From: Psilocybe cubensis | Lineage: Eukaryota | Reading direction: 5' to 3' | Assembly (NCBI GenBank): GCA_017499595.2 | Contig: CM039002.1 | Coordinates: forward strand, 2,604,001 to 2,668,000 | DNA: 64,000 nt | Part shown: piece by piece, positions 37,866 through 52,100 of the stretch | Numbering within the stretch: the stretch's first letter is position 1 | Layout of the letters: each line of letters starts with the position of its first letter | The notes under the pieces: generated by a model | The model's database searches: none | Seen by the model: only the letters and a program-made list of their open reading frames with translations | Told to the model about the DNA's origin: nothing | Program-made: the position numbers and the translations under genes

Positions 37866-39567
37866 ATGCCCGGCGCCAATTATATGGGTGGAAAACGGTG
37901 AGCAATGAGCAGCATCTCACGTTTGTCCCTGACCAAGATAACAATAGCAACGCGATGAAAGCACGGGCGAAAGATACAATTGGCAGACAAGAAAAGGGTC
38001 ACTTCGGTCGTCAGAGGCTGAATATACTTTCGCAAGGACTATCAGCTTCAAAGCCGTCCGAAAAGGCCCAACAAGCGAAGGACATCATGCACCCAAACAG
38101 CAAAGGGCTTTCGGACATTGATCTTGCCCATGCGAGAAAGAAAATTCCCATTGACAGCGACGCCGATACCACAAAGTGGTTCATACCAAAACCCATTCAT
38201 ATATCTCCTAGCACACCGCGCTCCAGGAGGTATATGAGGGATCGCGACGCGCATACATCTAGCTCCAGGTCCAACGGTGGAAGGTCAAAGATCCTTGATG
38301 CACTGGATACTTCACAACGTCAGTTTTGTACACTGAATATATGCGCAAGAAAAAGCTTACAGAGCGTTTTGTGGTGGGTAGCGATATTTTTGAGGAGGGT
38401 CATGGATGATATTTTAGCCATGGACGATCTCGCGGGGTTGTCAGGAATAGGTCCATCATCCATACGGGCAGAGACATGGAACCAAGATTCAGATCATTCG
38501 GGACTAATAGAGGTACTTTATGCTTTCCATGGGACAAAAGATCATATTAATTTGAGGAGAAGATGGCCGATAGTGATCCAAGGTCCAAGATAGATATCGA
38601 AGAGGTGCCCAGCAGCAGAATGCGCACCCCAGCAAGGTCAAAAGCGTCGTACATACCTTCTTCGATAACACGACGCTTGATGGATGATAGCAGACCATCT
38701 TTTGAATCCAGACTGCTTGGAAGTAGTAAGAATCATCATCGAAGGAACTCCAGTGCATTGATGCCCAGTATGCCTGTTGGAAAAAACTCGTCGAGCGATT
38801 TTTTCGACAGCCAATGTTCGGATTTTTTCCATGAGGAGGACAAGGCTTCAAATGCATTGGCAATTAGGCGCCAGTCGTCCTTTGCAACATCTGAAGACGC
38901 AGATTTCATCCACCCAGAGCGTGCATCATCATATTCTCCGAGATGCTATTCAATGTCCTCCCATGAAGTCGAATGCGAGAAGCAATCTCAAAGCAGCATT
39001 GAGACATCCGACGACCCCTTTGAGGACATTCATAATGGATTGCCCTCGTTTATTAGGTTGGGTCCACTCAGAAACCGACGCGGAAACACAGAAATATGTG
39101 TATATGGAAGCCTTTTTGAACAGAGCGATCCATGGAGCACAATCGGTCTAATCCTTGGACTCGAAGGGATTCAAGAAGACAAGCTTCTAGTGGACGAAAT
39201 TCTCGAGGATGATTGGGGTTGTGAGTCCTTGTTCGGAGGTGCCTGCCAGGACGATATGAGCGATGAGAATATACTGGATATTCCTTGGGAGGACCTTTTA
39301 CCAAATACCAAGCCGACGTCGCCAATGCCTGCTCTGCCCTCTCGACACAGTCCGATTTGCGACAAGGAGACTACAGTCCAACTAGAATGCAATACTCCAC
39401 CGTTAGGCCCCCTCTGTGACAGAATGCATGCTAACGAAAATGCTGCTATCGAAGAGCTAGTAGAAAATATCAAGAACGGCGACAAGATAGTACTGCCCGA
39501 ACTGCGAGAAGTGGATGGACGATTCCTTGGGCCGTCGTTGTTTGACGATTTCGACGAGTCAGAGTGA
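37866..39567 (+). CDS. Largely disordered protein with N-terminal NYMGG...R.EK.HFGRQRL motif (resembles C12orf40/REDIC1-type N-terminus)
   Basis: Exon 1 37866-37897 MPGANYMGGKR, intron 37898-37947, then NAMKARAKDTIGRQEKGHFGRQRL; last exon ends ...DGRFLGPSLFDDFDESE TGA 39567. Internal introns not fully resolved. Confidence 0.75.
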
Positions 39568-39605
39568 TCAGCGGCAGCCGAGGATTGTTGAGTTGCCGGG
39601 GATGA

Positions 39606-39613
39606 CACGTGAC
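39606..39613. promoter_or_regulatory. GTCACGTG E-box (Cbf1/bHLH-type) upstream of MEX67
   Basis: CACGTGAC about 150 bp upstream of ATG 39758. Confidence 0.35.
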
Positions 39614-39757
39614 AGCGTGTGAAAATACGGAACTGTGCTTTTGACTCGCTTTGTGTGCCACACAACTTGTCTTTTGTCATTGTACACCGCTCAATCTCAT
39701 CTTTTCTTTTCCCGCTTACTCGGTCATTTCTATCAATACACCGTTCAGGTGGAATCC

Positions 39758-42158
39758 ATGTCTGTATCCGCCCCGCCAGCCGGCAGCAAGTCGATTGCAA
39801 GCAGTGCTCTTCGTAGCGCGGGACTCATTGACCGAGATGCGACCATGAGGGATGCCGACAACCCTGGGGGAAGAAAGGGCAAACTGCGCTCTGGGAGGAC
39901 GATGAGGATGGATATTACGAAGGACAGGCCTTCGAGCACTCGCATGGTAATTATACTACTCATTTTCATTTCCACTTGACAGGAAGGGCATATTTGCACA
40001 CTACTTGCTTCGTCCTGTCGCCATCTCCCTTTTATGACCAGCAGCTTACCGAATACTCGAATGTTGTTGTATGCAGCACCCTGTACGGCTCTCCGCAAGT
40101 GCCGGGCCTTCAGATCCACTCACTATCCGCGGCGCCTCTCGGCCTTCAGTGTCAAGCCGGATGCGAAGAAACGCAATTTCTGGGGCATCCTCATCTTCAA
40201 TATCGCAGATACCCCTCCGAATGAAAACCAAGGTCGTAGACGCATGGAGAGAGTTTGTCCAGAAGCGTTGGAATCCAGAGATGAAATACCTAAATTTGGA
40301 TGTGAGTTTGTTGCGTGGCCTTTGTGTTGAATTCCCCCTTTTGAACACCTTTGCAGTCAATGAATGAAGACGAGGTAGTTAAGAAGTACAACCTCACCCC
40401 ACCAGGATCAGGAGGAAGTTCCCGCGACGCCGCTGTTATCTTCAAACTGGCCAGCCAGCTTAAACCCGAGGTAAATATCAATGTGTATAGCTTGCTCGTG
40501 TGCCACTGACTTTATCAACGCCAGGTCGAAACATTGTCTCTTGCGAATAATAACTTGACCGGGACTCTTCTCATGCAACTGAGCAGGTATCTCCCGAAAT
40601 TGGTCAACCTGTCGCTGCAGAACAACAAGATCCGCGACAAGAAAGAACTCACGATGATTGTGTCAAGGAAGGAGAAGATGCTTCAGATGCGAGAGCTGGT
40701 CTTAACTGGGAATCCTTTAAGAGAGCTGGCATACAAAGCTGGTCAAGGGGCGGCCTATCGAAGGTGCGCTTTCATTACGCCCTGATTTGTTCCCATCTAA
40801 TCTATTTTTTAGTGACATTGCTCGTCGATTCACGGCATTGGCGGTTCTGGATCAAGAACCGATCGCGCAAATATCTTTCGACGGGCCTCAACCGTCAACG
40901 TCGGCAATGCCTGTCGAAAAACCAAACGCCACCACATTCCCATTCGATATGAGCCCTTCATTCGTTACTGGTGTCGATGGAGCTCTCGTTAGCAAATTTC
41001 TTGTCAAGTATGTCCATCCCGTTGTCAGATTGAATTTTGCTTGACGTCACTTTCAGCTTCTTCAATGCATTCGATAGTCAACGCGAATCATTAATCAATG
41101 CGTATGACCCTGCAGCAACCTTTTCATTCTCGGCGAACACCTCTATTCCGGCGAGGGCTCGACTAGTGGGATTCCACTCGTCTAAGGACATGCCTAATCA
41201 GCGCAAGCTGGAGTGGAAGACGTGGCTCGATAGTGGTTCTCGAAATTTGAATCGCATAGGCAGTGATCCTCAGAAGACGCTGCAGAATCTGCACGTCGGT
41301 GCAGACCAAATCGTGCAAGCGATGAGGAACATGCCCCCGACCGCGCACGATATCCTGGGCCCATCAGAAAAGTTCTGCATCGATGCATTCCCTGTAATGC
41401 ACGGGCAGAGTATGGGCCTATTGTTGACTGTTCATGGACAGTTTACGGAACGTAAGTTTAGCTTGATTGTTTCCGTAACAGATAGAATCCCGGTTCTGAC
41501 TGTATTCAAATTGATTGCTTCTGTTAGCCGGACCTGGGGGTGTACGGTCATTTGATAGGACTTTTATGCTGGTTCCAGCTGCAGATGGTTCACGGTACGC
41601 GTCTTGTCTTATTCGCATCCACATCTTTTAGATTATATTACTTACTGATTCACCTTCTAGTGCCAAACTCAACGGCTGGGATATTGTCATCTTGTCTGAT
41701 CAATGGATTATCCGTAGCTACTCCAGTCATGAAGCATGGAAAGCTGGTCCATTGCTGGTCCAGGCCGTTGTGACCAAGTCGCAAACTGGCGCTTCAGCTT
41801 CCGGATTCTCGTTGATGTCGTTCCCTCCAGACCAGCAAGCAGTTCTTGCCCAACTCGTATGTCGCCTTCCTTTTCTTATGACGGCATCTTTCAAGTGCTG
41901 AGGCGATCCTGTTTCCTTTTTCGTCAGCCTGAGGCACAGCGGAATTTAGTTGTGGAGATCTCTTCGCAGACCAGGCTGAATGCCAAGTTCGCCATCGACT
42001 GTCTGCAATTGAATGGGTGGGATCTTGCGAAAGCAGTAGCCAACTTTAACCAAGTAAAGGTGAATATATGCGTCATTTTCTTTGTTAATTTGGTAGAAGT
42101 TCTGACCCTGTTTTTTTCTGTTACATAGGCCTCGCTCGCAGCGGATGCATTCCTCTAG
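39758..42158 (+). CDS. MEX67: mRNA export factor Mex67/NXF1 (LRR + NTF2-like + UBA/TAP-C)
   Basis: [129 protein letters not shown] 42158. Confidence 0.95.
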
Positions 42159-43500
42159 GCTAGTTCAACTAACAATCCTTCTGGTTTATCCACTCGACGT
42201 CCTGTTTCTCCCGTCTCCCGTTCAGTTTCACGGAGCACCTGCTCCTTCGAGTCTAAGCTGTACTTTTTGGACAGCTCATATATGTGCCGAAGTCCCCAGC
42301 ACTTTATCGACGCATCTCATTATTTTTACCCACGCAATCCTCGGAAGGGGCGAAGCTGGAAAGCGAGCATCACCGCATTGGACCCCCCTCAACTACATGC
42401 TTATTTTGGTTCTGGGACTTTATTATCTACCTTTTTTTTTCAACATATCATTCCCTGCCCACCCCCCCTCTATCCAAACCACCACATCATTACACATGCA
42501 CTCTTGAGACACGAAAAGCAATGCCTCAAGCTTCATTCACAATTTCTTTTTTTTTTCTATCGGTCTGGTGTTTGTCTCGTTTCTATTCTATCCTATTCAT
42601 GAACTCCGTACCCATCCCAGATCCCTTTTCCTTTCAATTTTATTTTTTCATTTGATCAATCCTTTTTTTACATTTTTTTTTTCATTGCATTCCGCCTTGA
42701 TCCTACGAGTTCGAGTTCGCAACACGGTACACCCGTTCTCTTTCACACAATACACATACATGTAATTATATACACAATTAACCCACCCACCCCCAAATCT
42801 CTCTCTCTTATTTTTCCTCGTGCGAAGGATAGTAGTACTAGTACTGGTACGCGTAAACAGATTATCATCGACATTTCTCATCATCCCCTTCATCATGACC
42901 GCATCACATATGATATGATCATATCCTGCCCTGCCACCTGGGCTCTCTATTCATTTGCGATTATCGAAGTCAATGTGTGTATATGGCGGCGTCTACAATC
43001 GTGGTTATTGACGTCGACATTCACTGTGTCCCTTTTGTCTTTTAATTTTGGTGTGATATTTTTGTGTTTTGAGTTGGACGTGTTCATTATTCGATAGAAG
43101 TATGATATTAAGAAGACGAGCTAGAAAGTCGGTGATGATTTTAATGACAGATGGCTAAAGTGCAATTTACTGTTAAGATCTGACTGTTGACGCTTTCAAT
43201 CCTTTTTTTTAATTGGAGGCTCGAGCGTATGTGCTACATTTAAATAAAACACACCGATTCCCAGTAGTTGGGGTCGAAATCAGAGAACTCGTAAATGTGA
43301 GAAGAAACGTGGCGATTCCTTGCTAGCCTTTCTTAACTCTTTTGCCATTTTGGCCACTCGAGTAATACATGGCCATGACGGCAAGGAAGTTCTAGCAAGT
43401 TCAAGTAAATTGTAATCGAGTTCCTGATTTCCTGATTTCTTTTTCCTGGTCAGCGGCATTATATTACATCACACGATTGCCATCGGAGCACCCTTCACCT

Positions 43501-43533
<33 letters not shown>
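43501..43533. repeat. (TGTTCGA)4+ heptamer tandem repeat
   Basis: tgttcgatgttcgatgttcgatgttcgatgttc in the long intergenic region. Confidence 0.9.
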
Positions 43534-45217
43534 ACAAATCCACATGTTCATGAGATGATGGGACAGGGAGGTGCGGAGTCTAGGCTCTAGATTCCCCCTC
43601 CCAACCCCCGACGTCTCGCGAATGACCCAGAAAAAAACATGTGTTGATTAGTCCACCTTGTTCGCTGTTCCGAGGGCTGACCTGTCCGGGGTTGCCCGCC
43701 ACCAGCGCCTTGGTATGCCGTACACCACTTACTTTTTTTTAATTCAGTTCGGGAGGAAATGTAAAAACATGAGGCTAGGGTGGTGGTTCTGCAATATACT
43801 GTAAGCGCTGTACTGTACAGTTTTTTTTTTCCCAATGAAGCGAAGTGCACCCCATGGACAGGGGTCTGATCTTGTCCATGATATGCCACTGGATGACTGG
43901 CAGGTTGGTGACAGTACATTTAGATTAGTTAATTTTTTTCGCAAAGGCAAAACCTTAACTCCACTCCACTTTCACCCACCCTCAGTGCACACAAAGTAAC
44001 TTACAAGACCAGTAGGCTCAACTGCGAGTCGAAATTAGATTAAGATTGCAGCCGTACGCAATCTACCTGCCAGAATGCTCTTTCTCTGAATCTGTCAACG
44101 GGAAAGTTCAATGAAAGGCTGCCTGCATAATGACGACGGCTTGTGCTTTTTTTGGACACCGCTTCGAGGATGTGACCATTTTACATTAGACTTTGCAGCA
44201 AGGAAACAAGCGCCAGGTGCGTATGCGGATAGGTTGGGTTTTCGGGAGTCCTGCATCGCTCCGCCCGCCCGCCCGCCGTATTTCATTTTCAAATTCCCAG
44301 TGGCGGCCTGCCTGTCCTCCGAACTGCATTTTTTGCGATGATATTGGGACACTGCATCTAGCCTTGGGTTGACATGAAAGCAACAGCTCTTCTCAGCTTC
44401 GATAATATCCAGCCAAAGTGGACAATCGGTGACTTATTTTTCTGCTTTATGGCATAATATAACCTATGAATGGGAAGAAAAGTGTTCTCATTTCTCAAGC
44501 GTGTCATGGGTAAGTGGGGCTAAGAATATACATACGAGTATGTTCGGGGAACGTCTATTGAACTTTCCTTTCTTGTCGCAAAGACATATTGCACGTCCCG
44601 GCCGGTGATATGGCCCCATCGGTGTGGATATCGATTAGGATTATTGGAGAACCCAAGGATGTCGTGTTTTCCAATATCGATAGACGGTTCGGGGAGAGCA
44701 GGTCGGCCTCGAGGTGCCAGGTCATCCACGGACCACGGCCTTTTTACACAGGGCAATCAGTGGAGAATAAGCCGAATGCGGACTGGAATTTGTGGACGGG
44801 GGGACCCTACCGCTTGGCTGGCCCTTTTTTTGATCTGTTTGCTGCGATTTCGGCGGTGCAGATCCGCCTCGTTGCAGCATGGAAGGCTGCTTACACCGGT
44901 GCACATTACCCGTCTTTTTTGCTCCCTTACATATGTATATGTCCCTTGACGGACTACTTCCCAACCGGTCTGTCCCCACCACCATCGACCATCGACCACC
45001 ACCATCAAGAACCGCTTTCTAGCGCGCTACTAAAGCAATCCTTCCTCTTCTCTCATTCACGCTCGCATTTTTTGTCTTCTTCTTGTCATCTGTCTTGTTG
45101 TATCGCTTTCCCTCAGTCTTTGCTCTGCTTTCTCTTTGTTTTCGCTGTTTTCCTACAAAAAACCCTCATTTGATTCAAAGCTCTCTCAAAATACACTCAA
45201 ATCACGTTCCCTACCCC

Positions 45218-48200
45218 ATGGATTCTACATACGGTCCTTTAGACAACTATGGCCTTCACAAATATGCTCTTATTGGGGATGACGAGGGCGTTCGCCGCGC
45301 GCTGAGCAAAGGAGCCGATATCAACGCGCTCGACACCGCAGGACGAACAGCGCTCATGTGCGTTGTAGCAGGCGAACAGTACGCGTATTCCATCTTCTCC
45401 ATCACCCCGCATGCCACTTAATCACCATTCTTTCATTTCTTATTTGTGGGGAAACAGCTGGCAGAATATCGACGCGTACGACGCGTCTTTTATGAGCCCA
45501 AAGCGTCTGAACGCGCTCAAGATCATCCTCAGTCAACCTGATATATCGCTTTTCACGCTCAACGCGCCACATTCGTCGATGAACGGTGTGATTCCGCTGT
45601 GTATGGCTGCGTGGCTAAATCAGCCCGATGCCGTACAGATGCTGCTCGAAGAAAGTGTAGACTCTGTTTCCGTCGATGGTATGGATGCCCATGGAGCCAC
45701 GGCGTTGATGTGTGAGTTTTTTTCTATTTCGTCGCGTCCTTGTTCTTGGTCTTATGGATCTCTTTTCAAGATGCGGCGCGTGACGGTAGCTTAGAGGTTG
45801 TAAGAGTACTGGTACGTCACAGTAACATACCTTTCACCGCGTCTTTGTGTTCACTTTCCGTCTCTTTCTAGCTCTCACATGGCGCTCGTCCCGATTTTAG
45901 AGACCGAAACCATCGAACCTCCGTGCAATTCGCGCTGCCGTATCCGCAGATTCTATGGCTCTGTGAAACGGTCTTACGTCGCCATCGATGGCGGGAAAGC
46001 AAGGTATACCCTTCTGTTCCTACAAACGTAGCTTTGCGAGACTTACGACACCTTTTTTTTTATTCTCCAGTCCGCGGACAGAACGCGGTTGTGCTTAGGC
46101 ACAGAGCGCATTATCGAACTCGCTTGTGCTTCAATGCCATCGACGGAAGACCTCGAGCCGCCCCCTCTATCCATCTTTACGCAAGAGGCTATCGCAAGGT
46201 TAACCAATACACTCGTGTCCTGCATCCGCTCGTGCGATGTGGCCTTTATGCATTCGCTGCTTTTCTCGCCCGCGGTTCATGCTTCGTCTCCGCCCGCCCT
46301 GTATCCGATGTCCGTTCCGCCTCTCGTGAACGTCCAAGACGCGAACGGATGGAGCCTCATCCATCATTGCTGTGCAGCCGAGTACCCGTCCATCGAGATC
46401 CTAGATACGCTGTACTGCGCCGGTGCGGATGTATCCGCGTTCACAGCGCAGGAACAACAGACACCGCTCCATGTCCTCGCCCGATTCGCTCATTCAACTT
46501 CGGCGCACGATTACTCGGATTCTATACACTCCTTGCAACAGTTTACGCTGCATCTTGTCCAGGACCTCCGCGCGCCTCTGCTGGCTCGTGATAAAGACGA
46601 CGAGACGTGCATTCATCTTGCTGCCGAACACGGTCATTCCATTGAACTGCTTATGCTTTTGATTGAATGCGACTCCACTGGGGCTGTTCGTAAGATGCGA
46701 AATTCGCGTGGGTGAGTGCAATGGTCTTGTTTAACTTTGTACATCAGGGTGCAATTTTTAACTGTGTTTCCACGAATAGACTGACCCCCCTTGAAGTCGC
46801 GAAAAAAGAATTCGCACATGCCTTTGTTTCCGAAAAGGACAACATCCCTGCATCCGCGCTATCAAACTGCAACATGCGTCCATCAGACTCTTTCGCGTCA
46901 CTTTCATCCCTCTCAGACTTGAAATCGCCATATCACGGGATCATCAGCGACGGCTCATCCATATTCTCTTCCTCAGACACATTTGACGTCGGCGAGACAA
47001 CACACCAGCTCCTTCTGAACCTCCGCGCGACATCCACAACGCTCGCGCACCCAAGAGACCCCGCGCACATCCAGAGCCTCGAAGACCGCCTCGACGAGAC
47101 ATCCGCGCAGTGCAACTCCATCGTCATCCACTTCCGCAGCCGCATCGAGGAGGCCGCGCGCGTCGTCGACGACCTCAAGAAGAGCGCAGCGCGAATCGGC
47201 GCGGTGAGAGACGGCGTGGTCCTCGCGACGCGCAGCAAGTCGATTATGCGCCAGATCAAGCCAATGACGGTCACGTCGCGCAGGCGGCAGCGCGACTCCG
47301 AGGATTCGCAGACGACGGCGGTGCACGGCACGGGTTCTTCCGTCGTTGACGACGATGCCGGCTCGGCACCCTCTTCGCCTTCCAGTCTGAACAGGCAGCT
47401 CACAGACCGCGTGTCGACGGGTGTGCAGACGACGCTCCTGGATCTGTTTGTGGTTACTAACAGCCCTTCACCGTCGGATGCTGCATGGACTGAGCGCTTT
47501 GTGCGGTCGCCCGAGTCTGGAGCGTGTAGGGCGCACTTTGAGGGTATTTGGGACGCGGAATGTCAGCTTGCGCAGATTCGCCAGCAACAGATCGAGCGGG
47601 CGTCATCGGTAACGCCTACGCCTACATCTCCAGGCAGCGTCGAAGCGTCGAAATCTACGCTCAGGCTGAAGCATATTATCAAGAAGAAGAAGAAACTCGA
47701 GGACAAGATTATGGAGATCGAGGCGGACAGCGATCATCTTCGACTCCTCAAGAAAGATACTATGACGGGGCCATCGAGAGTCAAAGCGTGGTTGAAGAGG
47801 ATGATGGTGACAACGGCAGCAGCGCAAGCAGTGGAGCCATCTCAACAGGCACTCCCTAAGCTGCAGATTGTGCTGGACCTAGAGGACCAGGGTTCTTGCT
47901 TTGTAGGCCACGAAATCAAGCGCCCTCATTCTCATGCGGCGCCCAAGTCAACAACGAAATCGGGCGATGCGCTTGATGCTTCTATCGATAATGCGCTTCG
48001 TACGTCTCCGATTGTGTTGGAGAATGCTCATCGGGATTTAATCAGCATTGGCGAATGTTTGGCTGCTGTACGTTTTTTCATGAGCTCCCTTGGATTTTGT
48101 TTACTGAATGCAAACATATAGGCTGAACAGTTCATTGACTCTGCAAACCACTCAATCTCAAGGACACAACGGATCGTCAAGCGCGCTCTCAAGGTATATA

Positions 48201-48643
48201 TTTTTTTGACTTGGAGTACATTCAAACAACATTCTGACAATTCTATCTCTCAGAAACGAGAAGCGCTAATTGCAGACCTTCACGCCGCGGCAACCGCCGA
48301 AGCCCTCCACCCGCAAACCTCCGACCTTCTCTCCGCCGCTGCCGATACATCGGCCGACACACTCTCCCCGGGCCTGCTAGGCTACACCACCGCCCTATCC
48401 CTCTCCGCACGCCCCAGCCTCGCGTCCATCTCCACCATCTACTCCACCGCGTCCTCGGTCGCGTCCGTCGCTGCTACGCTGACGGAAAACGACGACGAAG
48501 ACACGCGCATCATCCGCCGGTTGCTTTTGCGCAAGATCGAGGCGCAGACGTCTGGTGCGTGGGATGAGGTGGATAAAGTCACTGGATGGCTGTCTATCGT
48601 TAAGGAGTCTGTGCGTAGTGTCAAGCGCAGAGCGTACTTGTAA
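45218..48643 (+). CDS. Ankyrin-repeat protein with coiled-coil C-terminal half
   Basis: LHKYALIGD..GADINALDTAGRTALM; IPLCMAAW; DAHGATALMYAARDG; QDANGWSLIHHC; QQTPLHVLAR; DKDDETCIHLAAEHG; LTPLEVA; TAA 48643. Confidence 0.9.
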
Positions 48644-49119
48644 ACACACAGACCCACCCAATCTTTACCCATCCGTCTATCCACCTTCGTACCTACGCAC
48701 ACATACAACGACAACAACAACAAAAACTTGTACGCTGAAAAGCATTTTTTAGGCACACAAAAAGGATTAACACAAAAAAAATTCCTTGGGGAATCTAGAC
48801 GTTTGTAAATTTTATTGTATGTATGTATTCTATACTGTACTTCAGCATTTCCCACTTTGTAGGAAGATGGAAAGGAGGGGAAAGGGGGGACAACATCACC
48901 TATCATCATTGTTCATTATCTCATTCGCAATATAACACTCTGTACTGCTCATCTACACACTCTCAATCAATCGATTTGCACTTTTTTCGTGTTTAAACGA
49001 GAAAGACGTTCATGAAGGAATTTATGCATTGAGTGGAATACAAATAAATGTGAATGATTGAGGTAAAATAAAGCATGAGGGGGTATTGAAGAAAGAAGGA
49101 AAAAAGAGAAAAGGGTCCA

Positions 49120-52100
49120 TTACACCCGAGATTCCTGCAGCCGTCGCGAAAACTGCTCGCGACATTGATAATGTGTCACTTCACCACTAGAAAAAGAAAC
49201 AAAGCAGTAAATCAACAAAGGAGAAGAAATGCACATGTAGGAACCATTACGTACCGAGGAGCATGCACAGCAATCACACTGTTGCCAAGTCGTTTGTGGC
49301 ATTGCGGGCATCTAAGAAAAAAAACGAGTAAGTCAATTTTCCATCCGACCACTGACAAAACGACGCTTACATCCGACTATCGGTGACCTTGACCCTCCTA
49401 GCCTTGAGCCCAATCAACTTCCTCGCAAGTTGATCGTCCCTCGCCTTGCTGATCTGGCGGATGACCTGCGTGTCGAACACAGGCGCCCGAAGCGACTCGA
49501 TCAAGAACTCTCTGATCTCATCCATAGTCACCAGCGGAGGGAGAAGCTGCAGCGTCTCGACGGCGTCCAGGCGAGGGCTGTGCCGGCTGATGAGCTCCAG
49601 GGCGGGTTGCAGCAAGTCGCTCGTGGTCTGCACTGTTGGACGGAGGTATATCCGCAGCAAGGTCAAGAAGACGCCTGCGGTTGATGACCCGGGTTGATAC
49701 ACCCGTTTGCAGTATCTAAGTAAGAATAAGCACAACAGAAAAAAAATGTCAATAGCAGAATTCCGGATAGAAGACGTCAGCGACTTACTCTTCTGCTTTC
49801 AGGTAATCTTGTAATCTGTACACATATGTTTCAAGTGCTTGGTCATGCCGCCCTAATCTGCCCAGAAGAATGGCTCTTGCTTCATGAAGGTCTGTCCATT
49901 AATCTAATTTCAGGGGTGACTTGCACGAAAAATACCGATTGGAGGCATACCCGTTGACGAAACATATCCGTACAAGCGATCAATGGAAAAGGTGTCATTG
50001 CTGTTAATAAACTGGAGAAGTTTGTCGTACACCTCTTTGCGGGTTTCTGGTTTATGCGGTTCATCAGCCGCCGACACCGGGATTAAAAAGAAGACCATTT
50101 ACTTTCATCGCCGCGCTTCTTGGCCGCAATTGTCGTGGACAAGTACAGCTCGGCCAATCGATCATGGAAAACTGGCGACTCTTCCTGACGTTCCTCAATG
50201 ATATATTCAAGATACTTGAGACACAACTTTGGATCTATCTTTTCTAGATAGTTCGCGACATCCTTTCGGGGCAAATCGACATCTTCTGAGGTGAAGATCT
50301 GATGATAGTTAGGCAAGGGTTCATAATGGCAAAATAAGAGAGACAAATGAATACCTGGAAAGCCATCTCACTATCAAGATCGAATATCCAACGCGCATAT
50401 GTGAACACTTGATCGATGTATTCAGGTCCTAGCTTCTGAAGGTACTGTATTGAAGGGCCTAGTTTATCTTCCATATCGTCTACATTCACGCTCAGCCTGG
50501 GGCTTGTCAGCACATAGGAGTCAACAATATCAAGCAAATGACTTACTCTTTCAGAAGGTCTAACGCCTTTGAGTGCATCCGCTTGCCATTGTAGAGATCT
50601 CGGAGTTCGGCATATTTCTAGATAAACGTAAATTAAATGAAGACTGTAACCACAGAAAAAAAGACAAACCTTCCGCGCTCTTAAATCCTCTTCAACCTCT
50701 GAAACTTCACACCAATTCGCAATACGACACAACGACCCCAGCAAAATCGGACGGTTGATCAAGAACGATTTGTACATTGCCGTGTCCACGATCTGCGCGA
50801 ACCGCAACAGCTGATCAGGCGTCAGTGCCGACAGGGGCGCGTTAGGCAGCGCGAAGAGATCGGCGACTGAGGCCTCCGAAAGTGGAGAGGCGATGTGCGA
50901 CTGGCTCTCGGGCGTGATACCCACGGCTTCCAAAGCTGCTCTGAGTTTAGGCCGCCGGTCGCTCAGGTAGCGCATTAGAGTTTCGATTGCCCGTGGTAGG
51001 TCGTCTAACAGTAGCGTAAGCGAATGAAATCCAGATATCAATAATGTGGGACATACCTGCCGTGGATTTCTTCTTAGACGATATGGATGCTGTATCATCA
51101 TCCTTGTGAGCCCCTGGCAAAAACATACCCAGCCCAGTCCTCCGCAGCCTTCCACCAACTGATCCTCCAGCCGGAACAATGCTATCGAATATTTCAGTAG
51201 CAGTCTTTTCGTGCCCTATATTCACCGAAGCATTATCATCATGAGATCCTTCTGAAGGTGCGCGTTCTGCGTCGGCAGTGGTATCAGTACGAGTAGAGGC
51301 AGAAGGTCCGCCATACAGGGGTATCCAGCCTTCTTGAGGCACTGACAAACGACCGGCAACAGATTCTGGATAGAGAGCAACAACTTTGGCCGGGTTGAAA
51401 TCGAGCTCGATAAATGCGTCAATGGCCGCATCATATTTCGCTGCGCGGAACTGGGAAACGGCGTCGAGAGCGCGAATTTGTATCCGGCGTTGTTCCTACG
51501 CAAGGTTTTGTCAAAATAATCAAGCCTGGTCATTTGGAAGAGGCTATACCTTGTCAGAGATCGAAGATTCGTCTAGGGTATCTAACAGCGCAAGAGCATC
51601 TGAGTACTTGCCATCAAGCACCAATTCATCTATCTGCTCCGTCCATGGTCTCATATTAAATCGCCATAGTGAACTGCCTTCATTCGCAGCGGCTGTTTTA
51701 TCAGTCGGTGTCGTCATAGCATACAAAAACCCAGAAGCTGACGGTGTAAGCATCCTGATAGTAGCATTCTGGGCCGCAGTAGCATCTGAGACATTGAATG
51801 GAAAAGGTAGAGTCTGAGAGACTTGTAGCGAAAGTGAAGATCGGATTTGAACCACGGATGTGGTGTTGAACGCTGCGGGAGGTAGCGTTGCTGTGGAAGG
51901 CACCTCGGATTTCGGGGATTGCGTCGGTAATGTACCTGCTGGAAACACAGAGAATAGGTATGGCTTCACGAACGCTGGTATTTTAATCAGTGTTGTCAGC
52001 TACTTATTCCGAAATTCTCCCTCACATATTTCCTCTGGAGGAACAGGCCACTCTATCGTTGTATTTCTGCAAGATTTGGCGTCCGTTCCAATGAAGATAC

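Noticed and set aside
42145-43097. Phe-rich ORFs downstream of MEX67
   Set aside because: Produced by T-rich UTR-like sequence in overlapping frames; no domain or splice structure.
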